Below, piece after piece: positions 38,495-48,568 of a stretch of DNA of 64,000 nt. The stretch's first letter is position 1; each line of letters opens with the position of its first letter. The translations under genes and the position numbers were made by a program. Below the pieces are notes generated by a model that was not told where the DNA came from, made no database searches, and saw nothing but the letters and a program-made list of their open reading frames with translations. Source of the DNA: an uncultured Candidatus Saccharibacteria bacterium (lineage in GTDB: Bacteria; Patescibacteriota; Minisyncoccia; Phycocordibacterales; PALSA-1337); NCBI GenBank assembly GCA_964495685.1, contig CAZBVQ010000003.1, forward strand, positions 4,824 through 68,823, given 5' to 3'.

Positions 38495-39115
38495 ATGTAC
38501 GCTATCCATACAACTCCTGGATTTGTCATCGAGTCCCGGCCATCTGGTGAGGCGGGGAGAGTACTTTCTATATTCACTCGCGACATGGGACTGGTCCGCG
38601 CGGTGGCACAGGGGATACGGCTCGAAAAATCGAAGCTCCGTTACCATGTGCAGGAGTATTCATTTGGGGAGTTTTCGTTCGTGAGGGGGAAGGAGTATTG
38701 GAGACTTACAAGTGCGAATGGCATTGATGTAGCCAGATCCGATGCGAATACACGAAGTATGCGAATGACGCGAATAGAATCACAAAACACAGGCCAAGAA
38801 CTTATTGGTCGCATTGCACTGCTTCTTCGTCGACTTCTCCACGGTGAAGAGGCGTATTCAGAATTATTTGCTCATATTCAAGCAGCTTCTGAACTACTGG
38901 CTTCTTCGGGTTTGAATACTGAAGAACTCCAAACACTGGAATCACTTATTGTTTTTCGTATCGTGCGGGCTCTGGGCTACGTCGGTACAGACAAAGATAT
39001 TGATGACCAGATTGTGGATGGTCCCATATCAATCGAATTGGTGCGTACGAGTGCGGGGAAGAGGGTACTCCTCAATAAACATATTAATAAAGCACTCAGG
39101 GAAAGTCAGTTGTAA
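38495..39115 (+). CDS. recO: RecO-like DNA repair protein
   Basis: N-terminal OB pattern 'GEAGRVLSIFTRDMGLVRAVAQGIR..KSKL'; C-terminus divergent. Confidence 0.75.
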   Translation: MYAIHTTPGFVIESRPSGEAGRVLSIFTRDMGLVRAVAQGIRLEKSKLRYHVQEYSFGEFSFVRGKEYWRLTSANGIDVARSDANTRSMRMTRIESQNTGQELIGRIALLLRRLLHGEEAYSELFAHIQAASELLASSGLNTEELQTLESLIVFRIVRALGYVGTDKDIDDQIVDGPISIELVRTSAGKRVLLNKHINKALRESQL

Positions 39116-39136
39116 GCTTGTGGTATAATAATTCGC

Positions 39137-41074
39137 GTGCCCCCAGCTGATGAGCAAAATCGCATCGAAGAGCTCAAGAAGTCCCTCTATTCGCGGACGG
39201 CTCCTGATGTGCGCACGCGCCGCAAACTCCGATTCTCGCCGACAGAGACGCCCGTTCGTACCAATTGGGGAGATCATCCAGAAGGTATCGAGTCTGTCAC
39301 TCTCAACAAACAATACGAAGATCATTCCATGTCTTTCTTCACCAAATTTCTGATTGCTTCATTTGTATTTTGCGTCATCGCTGTAGGAATCGGTGCGTAT
39401 CTCTTTTTCAATGGATCCAACCTTATTTCGGCAAATAATATCGCTATAGATATTACTGGCCCTGTCTCTATTCCTGGCGGTGCCCCTGTCTCGTTCGACA
39501 TTCAAGTCACCAACAAGAACAACGTCGATCTCCAGTCTGCTGACTTAGCTATTGATTTCCCAGCAGGCGCGACCAATCCCAAGGATCCTACTCAAGAGCT
39601 CAAGACATACCGTGAATTGCTCGGTGATATTCCTGCGGGTGGTTCGGTCCACAAGACGGTGAGCGCGATCATTTTCGGTGAAGAGAATCTCCAGAAACAA
39701 ATCGGTGCCAACGTCACCTACAAGGTCAAAGGATCTACGACACTCTTCACCAAGAAGACGTCATATGAAGTACTCATCAATTCATCCCCGATAGTGCTCA
39801 ATGTCACGTCATTCCAAGAGATTACTTCAGGTCAAGAATTCGACATGAAAGTGTCGCTCAAATCAAATTCGACAGATATCCTCAAGAATGTCTTACTCAA
39901 AGGAAGCTATCCGTTCGGGTTTACCTTCATATCGTCGAGCATCAAGCCGCTCTCTGATAGTGCCACGTGGAAGATTGGTGATATACCACCTGGCGGGGAG
40001 CGCACGATCACCATTCACGGCAAGATACAAGGTGAAGATAGTGAGACACGCGTATTCCGCTTCGCTGCAGGTGCTCAGAGCTTGAATGACCCCAAAGTTA
40101 TTGGCACACAGTATATGACTGTCGATAAGGCCATGACCATCCAGAAGCCATTCATATCACTAGCGATCGCAATCGATAACAATTCGTCACCCAATGATTT
40201 CATCGGCCAATTCGACCAGAATGAGCGCGTCACTATCAACTGGTTCAACAATCTAACCACCTCAGTGTCCAATGTGAGCATTGTCGCCAAATTGAGTGGC
40301 TCTGCGTACGACAAGACTGCCGTGCAGCCTGATCAGGGATATTTCGATTCTGCCAACAACCAAATCATCTGGAACCAGAAGACGACGCCGGAGCTGGCAT
40401 CGGTCGCAGCAGGGCAGAGCGGTACTATTTCATTCGGCCTCATACCCAAAGACAAGAGCACGCCGACCAATCCGATAGTCAATCCGATAGTGGTGGTGAC
40501 GGCGGGAGTGTCTGCTGATCGCCAGAGTGGCTCGAATGTGTCGGGTGAATTGGCGGCCGCTGCTTCACGTACGACGCGCGTGTCATCCAATATTTCTCTG
40601 ACTGGTCGTATCGTCCGTACCACAGGACCTTTCGTAAATACGGGAGTGGTGCCACCCAAAGTCGAACAGTCTACTACCTATACCGTAGTGTGGACCATAG
40701 ACAATACATCAAGTGCTGTCGGCAATGCTCGTGTCACGGCCACGTTGCCCGCGTATGTGAAGTGGCAGAAGGCGGTGAGTCCGTCGAGTGAGAATGTCAC
40801 CTATGATGAGAATAGCGGGACGGTGACCTGGGAGATCGGCACAGTCGCCGCCTACACGTCGAGCGCGACTCGTCGTCGAGAGGTCAATTTCCAAATAGCA
40901 TTTACACCGAGTATTAATCAGACCGATCAATCTCCGACCCTAGTCAATCAATCGATACTTTCTGCAACTGATAATTTCACGGGGGCACAGCTCCAGAGCA
41001 CTCAGGAATATCTCACGACTCGCTTTAGTACCGATCCGGCCTATAGAGAAGGGCAGGCGACAGTGGTCAAGTAG
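39137..41074 (+). CDS. membrane-anchored beta-sandwich repeat protein (DUF11-like)
   Basis: single N-terminal TM, repeated Ig-like modules (W.IG.I..G). Confidence 0.8.
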   Translation: MPPADEQNRIEELKKSLYSRTAPDVRTRRKLRFSPTETPVRTNWGDHPEGIESVTLNKQYEDHSMSFFTKFLIASFVFCVIAVGIGAYLFFNGSNLISANNIAIDITGPVSIPGGAPVSFDIQVTNKNNVDLQSADLAIDFPAGATNPKDPTQELKTYRELLGDIPAGGSVHKTVSAIIFGEENLQKQIGANVTYKVKGSTTLFTKKTSYEVLINSSPIVLNVTSFQEITSGQEFDMKVSLKSNSTDILKNVLLKGSYPFGFTFISSSIKPLSDSATWKIGDIPPGGERTITIHGKIQGEDSETRVFRFAAGAQSLNDPKVIGTQYMTVDKAMTIQKPFISLAIAIDNNSSPNDFIGQFDQNERVTINWFNNLTTSVSNVSIVAKLSGSAYDKTAVQPDQGYFDSANNQIIWNQKTTPELASVAAGQSGTISFGLIPKDKSTPTNPIVNPIVVVTAGVSADRQSGSNVSGELAAAASRTTRVSSNISLTGRIVRTTGPFVNTGVVPPKVEQSTTYTVVWTIDNTSSAVGNARVTATLPAYVKWQKAVSPSSENVTYDENSGTVTWEIGTVAAYTSSATRRREVNFQIAFTPSINQTDQSPTLVNQSILSATDNFTGAQLQSTQEYLTTRFSTDPAYREGQATVVK

Positions 41075-41559
41075 TGCTGTTGACTTTTGTGTTCGAGGGT
41101 GTTACATTGTTCACGAACTTGAAATGAGTCATACGGAGATTTCGTGTCGGCTGGGTAGTTCGTACGGCCGCACGTGTGCGCGCATACGCGCACTGTTCAC
41201 GAGGCGCGGTTCACGCGACCAGAGTCGCGTACCCGACGGCGCTCACTGGCTTGGTGTTGGCGCCCTTCGGCTCGCCTCGTTCACGCCGGCTCGCCCCTTC
41301 GGTTTACCGATTCCGGGGGGCGAGTCCGGCCATGGCTCATATTTATTGACACTTTTGACTCGTGGTCAGCCGCCGACGCGCGTTTGGTCATCTGCTCCAG
41401 CGCGCCATCGACCAGAGTCACTTGGCACCCTCATGCCTCCCGCAACCTTTCCTCCGTTGCGACCGGGTGTGATGGGTGCCAAGATCGTTCTTTTGAACTG
41501 CTGCGGAGATGCCCTTCGCGGCATTTTTATTTTCCATACTTTTGGTATACAATGCCCCT

Positions 41560-42894
41560 ATGTCAAAAAAAGCCCCAGAATCAGTGTCCGACAAGGTCAT
41601 GGAAAACCTCATTGCTCTGTGCAAGCGTAGAGGCTTCATATTCCAGGGATCTGAGATATATGGAGGCCTGGCCGGTACCTGGGACTACGCTCCTCTCGGC
41701 CTGATGCTCAAGAACAACATCCGCAAGCTCTGGTGGAAGCGTTTCGTCGATGATCGTGATGATATGTACGGTGTCGATGCGGCCCTGCTCATGAATCAGC
41801 GCACTTGGGAGGCGAGTGGTCACGTCAGCGGCTTCGCTGATCCGATGGTGGAGTGTGCCAAGTGTAAACATCGTTTTCGTGTCGACCAGCTCGCTGATTC
41901 CAAGAAATGTCCCGACTGTGGCGGCAAGCTCGGAGAAGCGCAGCAGTTCAACATGATGTTCAAGACGCACGTCGGTGCCAACCAAGACTCAGCATCTATT
42001 TCATATTTGCGTCCCGAGACAGCACAAGGCATGTTCGTCAATTTCAAAAATATCCTCGACACCTTCCATCCCAAGCTACCGTTCGGTATGGCTCAGATAG
42101 GTAAGGCCTTCAGGAATGAGATTGCACCACGCGACTTCCTCTTCCGTGCTCGCGAGTTTGAGCAGATGGAGATTGAGTATTTCGTTAATCCGAAGGATTG
42201 GGAGAAGACATTCGAGCACTTCCACAAGGAAATGCACGCATTCATTGCTGATGTCGGTCTGACTGCTTCTAAAGTAAGTGACTATGAAGTGCCTGATGGT
42301 GATCGTGCTCATTATTCGAAGAGGACGATCGACGTCGAGTTCGAATATCCTTTCGGTAAGAAAGAGCTGTATGGTCTGGCATATCGTACAGATTTTGACC
42401 TCAAGCAACACTCAGAATTCAGTAAGGTTGATCTGTCATATTTCGATGAAGAAACAAAAGAACGCTTCGTCCCACATTGTATCGAGCCATCATTTGGTCT
42501 TGATCGCACGGTCCTTGCGGTACTGACAGATGCGTATAGGGAAGACGATCTCGGTGGTGAAAAGCGCACCTATCTTAAACTTGCTCCGTCAGTTGCGCCA
42601 GTGAAGATTGCCGTATTTCCATTGCTAAAAAATAAACCACAACTGGTTGCCAAGGCGCACGAATTGTTCAAGGTGCTCAAGAAAGAATTTGGTGCAGTAG
42701 TGTTTGATGATAATGGCAATATTGGTAAGCGTTATCGTCGTCAGGATGAGATTGGTACTCCGTTCTGTGTGACTGTTGATTTCGATACGATCGAGAAAGG
42801 TGCGGGGGTGACCATTCGTGATCGAGATACTGGTGAGCAAGAAAGGGTTGCGGAAGGGGAGTTGGCTGCATTCCTGCACAAGAAAATAGGTTAA
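41560..42894 (+). CDS. glyQS: glycine--tRNA ligase, alpha2 type
   Basis: KRRGF, SEIYGG, LRPETAQG, FRNEI.PR, IEPSFGLDR, IGKRYRRQDEIGTP. Confidence 0.95.
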   Translation: MSKKAPESVSDKVMENLIALCKRRGFIFQGSEIYGGLAGTWDYAPLGLMLKNNIRKLWWKRFVDDRDDMYGVDAALLMNQRTWEASGHVSGFADPMVECAKCKHRFRVDQLADSKKCPDCGGKLGEAQQFNMMFKTHVGANQDSASISYLRPETAQGMFVNFKNILDTFHPKLPFGMAQIGKAFRNEIAPRDFLFRAREFEQMEIEYFVNPKDWEKTFEHFHKEMHAFIADVGLTASKVSDYEVPDGDRAHYSKRTIDVEFEYPFGKKELYGLAYRTDFDLKQHSEFSKVDLSYFDEETKERFVPHCIEPSFGLDRTVLAVLTDAYREDDLGGEKRTYLKLAPSVAPVKIAVFPLLKNKPQLVAKAHELFKVLKKEFGAVVFDDNGNIGKRYRRQDEIGTPFCVTVDFDTIEKGAGVTIRDRDTGEQERVAEGELAAFLHKKIG

Positions 42895-42908
42895 TCTTTT
42901 ACGTCTAC

Positions 42909-44177
42909 ATGAACTTCACCAAAACAGTCCTCGACAATGGTCTGCGTATCATCACTATACCCATGACTGACAATCCGTCAGTGACGGTACTTGTCATGGT
43001 CGAGACTGGCTCAAAATATGAGACCAAAGAAATCAATGGTATCTCTCATTTCCTCGAGCACATGATGTTCAAGGGTACACCACGCCGCCCCAATGCCACC
43101 GATATCTCTCGAGAACTCGATGGTCTCGGTGCTCACTACAACGCATTTACCTCACAGGAATATACTGGCTACTACGCCAAGGTGAGTTCTGATCGTTTCG
43201 ATCAGGCACTCGATATCATCTCTGATCTCTACGTCAATCCGGTGTTCAAGACTGAAGATATGGACAAGGAGAAGGGTGTTATCGTCGAAGAAATCCGTAT
43301 GTACCAAGACATGCCTCATCAGGATGTTCAGGATGTGTTCGCCGCACTCCTCCATGGTGACCAGCCGGCAGGGTGGAGTGTGCTGGGTACTGAGGACCAC
43401 GTTCGCTCATATACACGCGATCAGCTCCAGTCGTATCGCACTGCGCACTATGTAGCTGGTGCCACAACAGTCATTGTTGCTGGCTCATTCGATCAGACTA
43501 CTGTGCTCGATAAGATTGGTACTGCATTCAAGGGTATTGCGACTTCTGGCAAGAAAGATAAGGTGGCCATTAGTGAATCCCAGTTTGCGCCGGCCATCAA
43601 GATCAAATACAAAGAGACTGATCAGACGCATCTGGTCATTGGCTTCCGCACATTTCCTATACTCGATCCGCGCAATGCGACTATGACAGTACTCTCGACC
43701 ATCCTTGGTGGCGGTATGAGTTCGCGCCTCTTCGCTCGTATGCGTGATCAGCTCGGTATGTGTTATTACGTACGCTCATCGCACAATCCCAACACCGATC
43801 ATGGGGACCTGACGGTCTCTGCGGGTGTTGATTCGAGTCGTGTCCATGAAGCAGTCCGTGAAATTCTCGCCCAATTCAAGCGACTGATCGATGAGCCGGT
43901 ATCTGACGCTGAGCTCAAGAAGGCCAAGGACTATTTGAGGGGTACGACCTTGCTCGGACTCGAGACTTCAGAGGCTCGTGCCGAATATGCCGGATATCAA
44001 GAAATGCTCAAGAAGAAAGTCGAAGAACCAAATGATGTTATTGCTCGCATACACAAAGTCACAGCAGCAGATATTCAAGCTCTAGCGAAAACCTTTTTCG
44101 TTAATGAGGGATTGAATATGGCTATTGTAGGGAAGTACAAGGACGCCGAACCATTTCAGGAATATTTCCATATATAG
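42909..44177 (+). CDS. M16-family zinc peptidase
   Basis: HFLEHMMFKGT, NAFTS, LGGGMSSRLF. Confidence 0.95.
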   Translation: MNFTKTVLDNGLRIITIPMTDNPSVTVLVMVETGSKYETKEINGISHFLEHMMFKGTPRRPNATDISRELDGLGAHYNAFTSQEYTGYYAKVSSDRFDQALDIISDLYVNPVFKTEDMDKEKGVIVEEIRMYQDMPHQDVQDVFAALLHGDQPAGWSVLGTEDHVRSYTRDQLQSYRTAHYVAGATTVIVAGSFDQTTVLDKIGTAFKGIATSGKKDKVAISESQFAPAIKIKYKETDQTHLVIGFRTFPILDPRNATMTVLSTILGGGMSSRLFARMRDQLGMCYYVRSSHNPNTDHGDLTVSAGVDSSRVHEAVREILAQFKRLIDEPVSDAELKKAKDYLRGTTLLGLETSEARAEYAGYQEMLKKKVEEPNDVIARIHKVTAADIQALAKTFFVNEGLNMAIVGKYKDAEPFQEYFHI

Positions 44178-44342
44178 GAGCCCTACAGAGCACTGTGCCG
44201 CGTGGATTCTGCGGAACTCGCCGCACGAACTTGTAAGGTCTTTTGGCATACGGGGCAATAATCTGACCATGCCAAAAGCCCTAACAAGTTCGGCGACTCA
44301 GACAGTCCTCGAATCCACGCGGCACAGTGCTCTGTAGGGCTC
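44178..44342. repeat. 165-bp rod-like palindromic element
   Basis: 32-bp perfect arms GAGCCCTACAGAGCACTGTGCCGCGTGGATTC plus inner stems. Confidence 0.9.
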
Positions 44343-44366
44343 TTGGTATGTGCTACAATAATTCGC

Positions 44367-45461
44367 ATGGAATCGTCAGCACACAATAGCCGTCTCAGCA
44401 TTAGTACAGGCACCATAGTACGTTTTTTTGTCGTCCTTATTCTTATTGCGGCGCTCTACTACATGTCGGATGTCGTTCTGGTAATTCTGGCTGCGGTGGT
44501 CATAGCATCATCTATCGAGCCCGTCGTACGTCGTATGAGAGTATGGTTTCATCTGCACCGCGTGGTCAGTGTGATCATCATCTACCTTGTTCTTGCCGCT
44601 ATAATTGCCGGATTCGTCGTCTTCCTGCTGCCACTCATTCTCAGTGATGCGGTCAATTTCCTTTCTGCCATTCCCAAGACTATATCGCTCGAGACACTCT
44701 GGAGCCCAATTCAGAGCATTGGTTCAGCCGCTGATGGATCGTCACTGGCGGCCCACACGGTCTCCGTATCCGATTTGATCAGAGGTCTACAAGATTTTCT
44801 TGTTGGATCGAGTTCGGGTATTGTCCAGACGGTGAGCACATTGTTCGGTGGTGCACTGGGTTTGATACTTATTCTGGTACTGTCGTTTTATCTGGCCGCC
44901 CAGGAGGATGGTGTCGATGATTTCTTGCGTATTGTTACACCAGTTAGACACTATGATTACATTATTGATCTCTGGAAACGTTCTCGCCGCAAGATCGGCC
45001 TCTGGCTTCAGGGTCAGGTACTGCTCGGTATTATTGTCGGTCTCCTTGTGTACCTTGTCCTCACGGTCGTCGGCATCCCCCACGCACTTCTCTTGGCTAT
45101 ATTTGCTGGAGTACTAGAAATCATCCCCGTTTTCGGTCCGATTGTATCTGCTGTTCCTGCTATCATCCTAGCTTTTGCGGATCAGGGGGCAGGTATCGGA
45201 TTCTTGGTTGTAGGCCTCTATCTCATCATTCACCAGTTCGAAAATCACCTCTTCTATCCCTTGGTGGTCAAGAAGATCGTCGGTATTTCACCGATCGTGG
45301 TCATCGTCGCCCTTGTCATTGGTGCCAAGTTGGCCGGTATTCTCGGGGCACTCATTGCCGTTCCGATCTCTGCGGCGTTCATGGAATACGTGCACGACAT
45401 CGAAAAGTACAAGAAGCTCGAGCGTGCCGAGAGGGCAGTAGAGAAGGGCGGTGCGCTGTAG
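44367..45461 (+). CDS. AI-2E family transporter
   Basis: WLQGQ, EIIPVFGP, QFENHL.YP, GALIAVP. Confidence 0.92.
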   Translation: MESSAHNSRLSISTGTIVRFFVVLILIAALYYMSDVVLVILAAVVIASSIEPVVRRMRVWFHLHRVVSVIIIYLVLAAIIAGFVVFLLPLILSDAVNFLSAIPKTISLETLWSPIQSIGSAADGSSLAAHTVSVSDLIRGLQDFLVGSSSGIVQTVSTLFGGALGLILILVLSFYLAAQEDGVDDFLRIVTPVRHYDYIIDLWKRSRRKIGLWLQGQVLLGIIVGLLVYLVLTVVGIPHALLLAIFAGVLEIIPVFGPIVSAVPAIILAFADQGAGIGFLVVGLYLIIHQFENHLFYPLVVKKIVGISPIVVIVALVIGAKLAGILGALIAVPISAAFMEYVHDIEKYKKLERAERAVEKGGAL

Positions 45462-45506
45462 TAACTCCTCTTTCCCGAAGCCCCAATTCACGCTAGACTA
45501 AGCTTC

Positions 45507-46949
45507 ATGAGTAAAACGCCTTTCTACATCACTACGACACTCCCGTACGTCAATTCTGATCCTCATATCGGCTTTGCCATGGAGATTATTCGTGCAGACG
45601 TCATAGCTCGAGCCAAGAAGCTTGAAGGTTTCGACGTATTTTTCAATACGGGCACTGACGAACATGGCGTGAAGATATATCAGAAGGCACTTAGTGGGCA
45701 AGAAGATACTCAAGCATTCGTCGATCGCTACGCGGCCAAGTTCAAGGAGTTACAGAATATTCTCGGACTTTCTCCTGATATACATTTCATACGCACAACT
45801 GATGACAAGCACGTCGCTGCGGCACAAGAATTTTGGCGTATCTGTGACAAGAATGGCTTCATTTACAAGAAAGTATACAAGACCAAGTATTGCTCTGGTT
45901 GCGAATTGGAAAAGACTGACACTGAGCTCAATGATGACGGGCGTTGCTTCATTCACCCAACCATCGACCTCATGCTCATTGATGAAGAGAATTATTTCTT
46001 CAAATTCAGCGCCTTTCAGCAGAAGCTTCTCGATCTGTACGCTTCAAATCCGAAATTGATCGTTCCCGATTTTCGTTTCAATGAGATCAAGGCCTTCGTC
46101 GAACGTGGACTCGAAGATTTCAGCATTTCACGTCTTGCCACCAAGATGCCTTGGGGCGTGCCAGTGCCTGGTGACAAGGATCATGTCATGTATGTCTGGT
46201 TCGATGCCTTGGTGAGCTATATTTCTACTCTCGGTTGGCCTGAAGATACCAAAAATTTCGAAAAATTCTGGCAGAATGGGACGCCGGTGCAATATTGTGG
46301 CAAGGACAATCTTCGTCAGCAATCAGCAATGTGGCAGGCCATGCTCATGTCGGTCGGTTTACCGCCGACTCACACTATTGTGATTGATGGTTTCGTGACA
46401 GGTGAGGGAGGGGTCAAGATGTCCAAGTCGTTGGGCAACACTATCGATCCGCTCGATATCGTCAAGGAATATGGTGTCGATGCTCTGCGCTATTATGTCT
46501 GCCGTGAACTCAGTCCTTTTGAAGATAGCCCATTTACTATGGATAAGTTCAAAGAGGCTTACAATGCTCATCTGGCAAATGGGGTCGGCAATTTGACGAG
46601 TCGTGTCATGAAAATGGCGACTACCAATCTTGCGAGTGCTCCGGAGATCCCTTCGAAGAGTGTTCCCGCAGCATTCACTGATGCTTTGGCAGGTTTCAAC
46701 ATTCAAGCTGCAGCTCATGTCGTTTGGGAGCATATTTCAGCTGCTGACCGCATCATTCAAGAAAAAGAGCCTTTCAAACTAGTAAAGACTGACAAAGAGG
46801 CCGCCATCGAGATCATCAAGGATTTGTGTGTACGACTCTACACTATTGGAGACATGCTCGAACCGATTATGCCACAGACGTCTGAATTGCTCAAAAAACT
46901 GGTGAAGGAACACAAGATGCCAGAGCAACCTCTCTTCATGAGGAAATAG
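45507..46949 (+). CDS. metG: methionine--tRNA ligase (short form)
   Basis: PYVNSDPHIG, TGTDEHG, YVWFDAL, KMSKSLGN. Confidence 0.96.
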   Translation: MSKTPFYITTTLPYVNSDPHIGFAMEIIRADVIARAKKLEGFDVFFNTGTDEHGVKIYQKALSGQEDTQAFVDRYAAKFKELQNILGLSPDIHFIRTTDDKHVAAAQEFWRICDKNGFIYKKVYKTKYCSGCELEKTDTELNDDGRCFIHPTIDLMLIDEENYFFKFSAFQQKLLDLYASNPKLIVPDFRFNEIKAFVERGLEDFSISRLATKMPWGVPVPGDKDHVMYVWFDALVSYISTLGWPEDTKNFEKFWQNGTPVQYCGKDNLRQQSAMWQAMLMSVGLPPTHTIVIDGFVTGEGGVKMSKSLGNTIDPLDIVKEYGVDALRYYVCRELSPFEDSPFTMDKFKEAYNAHLANGVGNLTSRVMKMATTNLASAPEIPSKSVPAAFTDALAGFNIQAAAHVVWEHISAADRIIQEKEPFKLVKTDKEAAIEIIKDLCVRLYTIGDMLEPIMPQTSELLKKLVKEHKMPEQPLFMRK

Positions 46950-46950
46950 T

Positions 46951-47505
46951 ATGAAGGTATTACTGATTGATAATGGGACGAAATTATTGACACAGTTGCA
47001 AGACTTGCTTGGTCATCATGAAATTACAAGGCGATGGGAAGATTCGTCAGCATATATCACAGAAGGATATGGACTCATTGTTTTGTCTGGTAGTAGTGAG
47101 CGATCAGTTGTCCATAACCAAGGAGTCTTTTCCAAGGAGATAGATCTGATCAAGACGTCAGAGGTTCCGATTATCGGGATATGTTTCGGATGCGAACTCA
47201 TCGTGAGCGCTTGTGGTGGTGAGCTTGCTCAGATGGATCACCGTATACAGGGCACACAGACTATCCGTATGGTAGACAAACAACTACCATTTTCGGAAAT
47301 CCAGGTCTATGAGAGTCATCGGTGGGTGATCAAAAGATTATCGAAGGAATTTGAAGTATTAGCTGAGTCTGATCAGGGGCCTGAGGTTATTCGTCATGTA
47401 ACACGTCCCATATACGGCTTACAGTTTCATCCTGAGAAATGCGTGGATGAATTACAAGGAGACGATTTGTTTAGGAGTATAATCGCTAAGTTACATCTTG
47501 CATGA
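46951..47505 (+). CDS. standalone class I glutamine amidotransferase
   Basis: LIDNG, GICFG, ESH, GLQFHPE. Confidence 0.88.
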   Translation: MKVLLIDNGTKLLTQLQDLLGHHEITRRWEDSSAYITEGYGLIVLSGSSERSVVHNQGVFSKEIDLIKTSEVPIIGICFGCELIVSACGGELAQMDHRIQGTQTIRMVDKQLPFSEIQVYESHRWVIKRLSKEFEVLAESDQGPEVIRHVTRPIYGLQFHPEKCVDELQGDDLFRSIIAKLHLA

Positions 47506-48320
47506 ACTATATAGACATCCACGGCCACATCAATTTCGACGATTATTCGGCTGATCGCGAAGAGGTTATCAAGCGTGCCCAAGAAGGGGGAGTCGGCATT
47601 ATTTCTGTGGGTACAGGTCTAGAATCATCACGGGCTGCTATCAAGTTGGCTGAAATTCATGAGAACATGTGGGCCGTTGTCGGTATTCATCCCACTGATA
47701 CAGCGAGTGATGTTGCGCATGATGAGTTTGAGGCCATCAAAAAACTTGCAACTCACCAGAAAGTGGTCGCTATCGGCGAGTGTGGTCTTGATTATTTCCA
47801 TTCGAAACCAGATGATATTCCCAAACAAAAAGATTTATTTGAAAAACATATCATGCTGGCCAATGAAGTACATAAACCTCTCATGCTCCATGTTAGAAAT
47901 GCCAAGCCAAACTCGCAAGGTGGGTCAGTCGCCATCGATCCATCAGAGCATAATGCATATCAGGAGGTAATCTCGATGCTCAAAAAAACGGCGCGCGTAC
48001 GTAGTAACTTTCACTTCTTCGCTGGCACGATACAAGATGCACAGGATATCGTGGCGATGGGAAATACCATTTCATTTACCGGTGTCCTGACCTTTGCACG
48101 CAACTACGATGGGATAGTAAAGTCTGTTCCGGTAACTTCGATAATGTCAGAGACCGACTGTCCGTATGTTGCACCCATACCTTTTCGGGGAAAACGCTGT
48201 GAGCCTGTCCATGTTATCGAAACGGTAAAGAAGATTGCCGAAATTAGGGGTGAGTCTCTGGATGCGGTCGAGAAGCAGTTGTTGGAGAATGCGCGAGCTC
48301 TTTTTGACCTGAATTTCTAG
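47502..48320 (+). CDS. tatD: TatD-family nuclease
   Basis: DIHGH, GIHP, IGECGLDY, ETDCPY. Confidence 0.93.
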   Translation: MNYIDIHGHINFDDYSADREEVIKRAQEGGVGIISVGTGLESSRAAIKLAEIHENMWAVVGIHPTDTASDVAHDEFEAIKKLATHQKVVAIGECGLDYFHSKPDDIPKQKDLFEKHIMLANEVHKPLMLHVRNAKPNSQGGSVAIDPSEHNAYQEVISMLKKTARVRSNFHFFAGTIQDAQDIVAMGNTISFTGVLTFARNYDGIVKSVPVTSIMSETDCPYVAPIPFRGKRCEPVHVIETVKKIAEIRGESLDAVEKQLLENARALFDLNF

Positions 48321-48333
48321 GCCCGGCCTAGAA
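48315..48333. repeat. short palindrome TTCTAGGCCCGGCCTAGAA, copy 3
   Basis: contains the tatD TAG stop. Confidence 0.85.
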
Positions 48334-48568
48334 TATTCCGCCACTAAGACATATCTTCAGCGAATCTTCAGCAGTTCTTCATTATTTCTTCATTGTTACT
48401 TGATACGATGATAGCGCCCTCGGGCACCATGTCCTTCGGGGCACTTCTTGCATGAGGCGTCGATGTGTGGTAATCTGCGCTCATTACAACTAACGCAGTA
48501 TGTCCTTTCTGTCGAAAGGTCCCAGAGTCAGCTATAGGCAAACGATGGGTCACAGACTGCACAATCAC

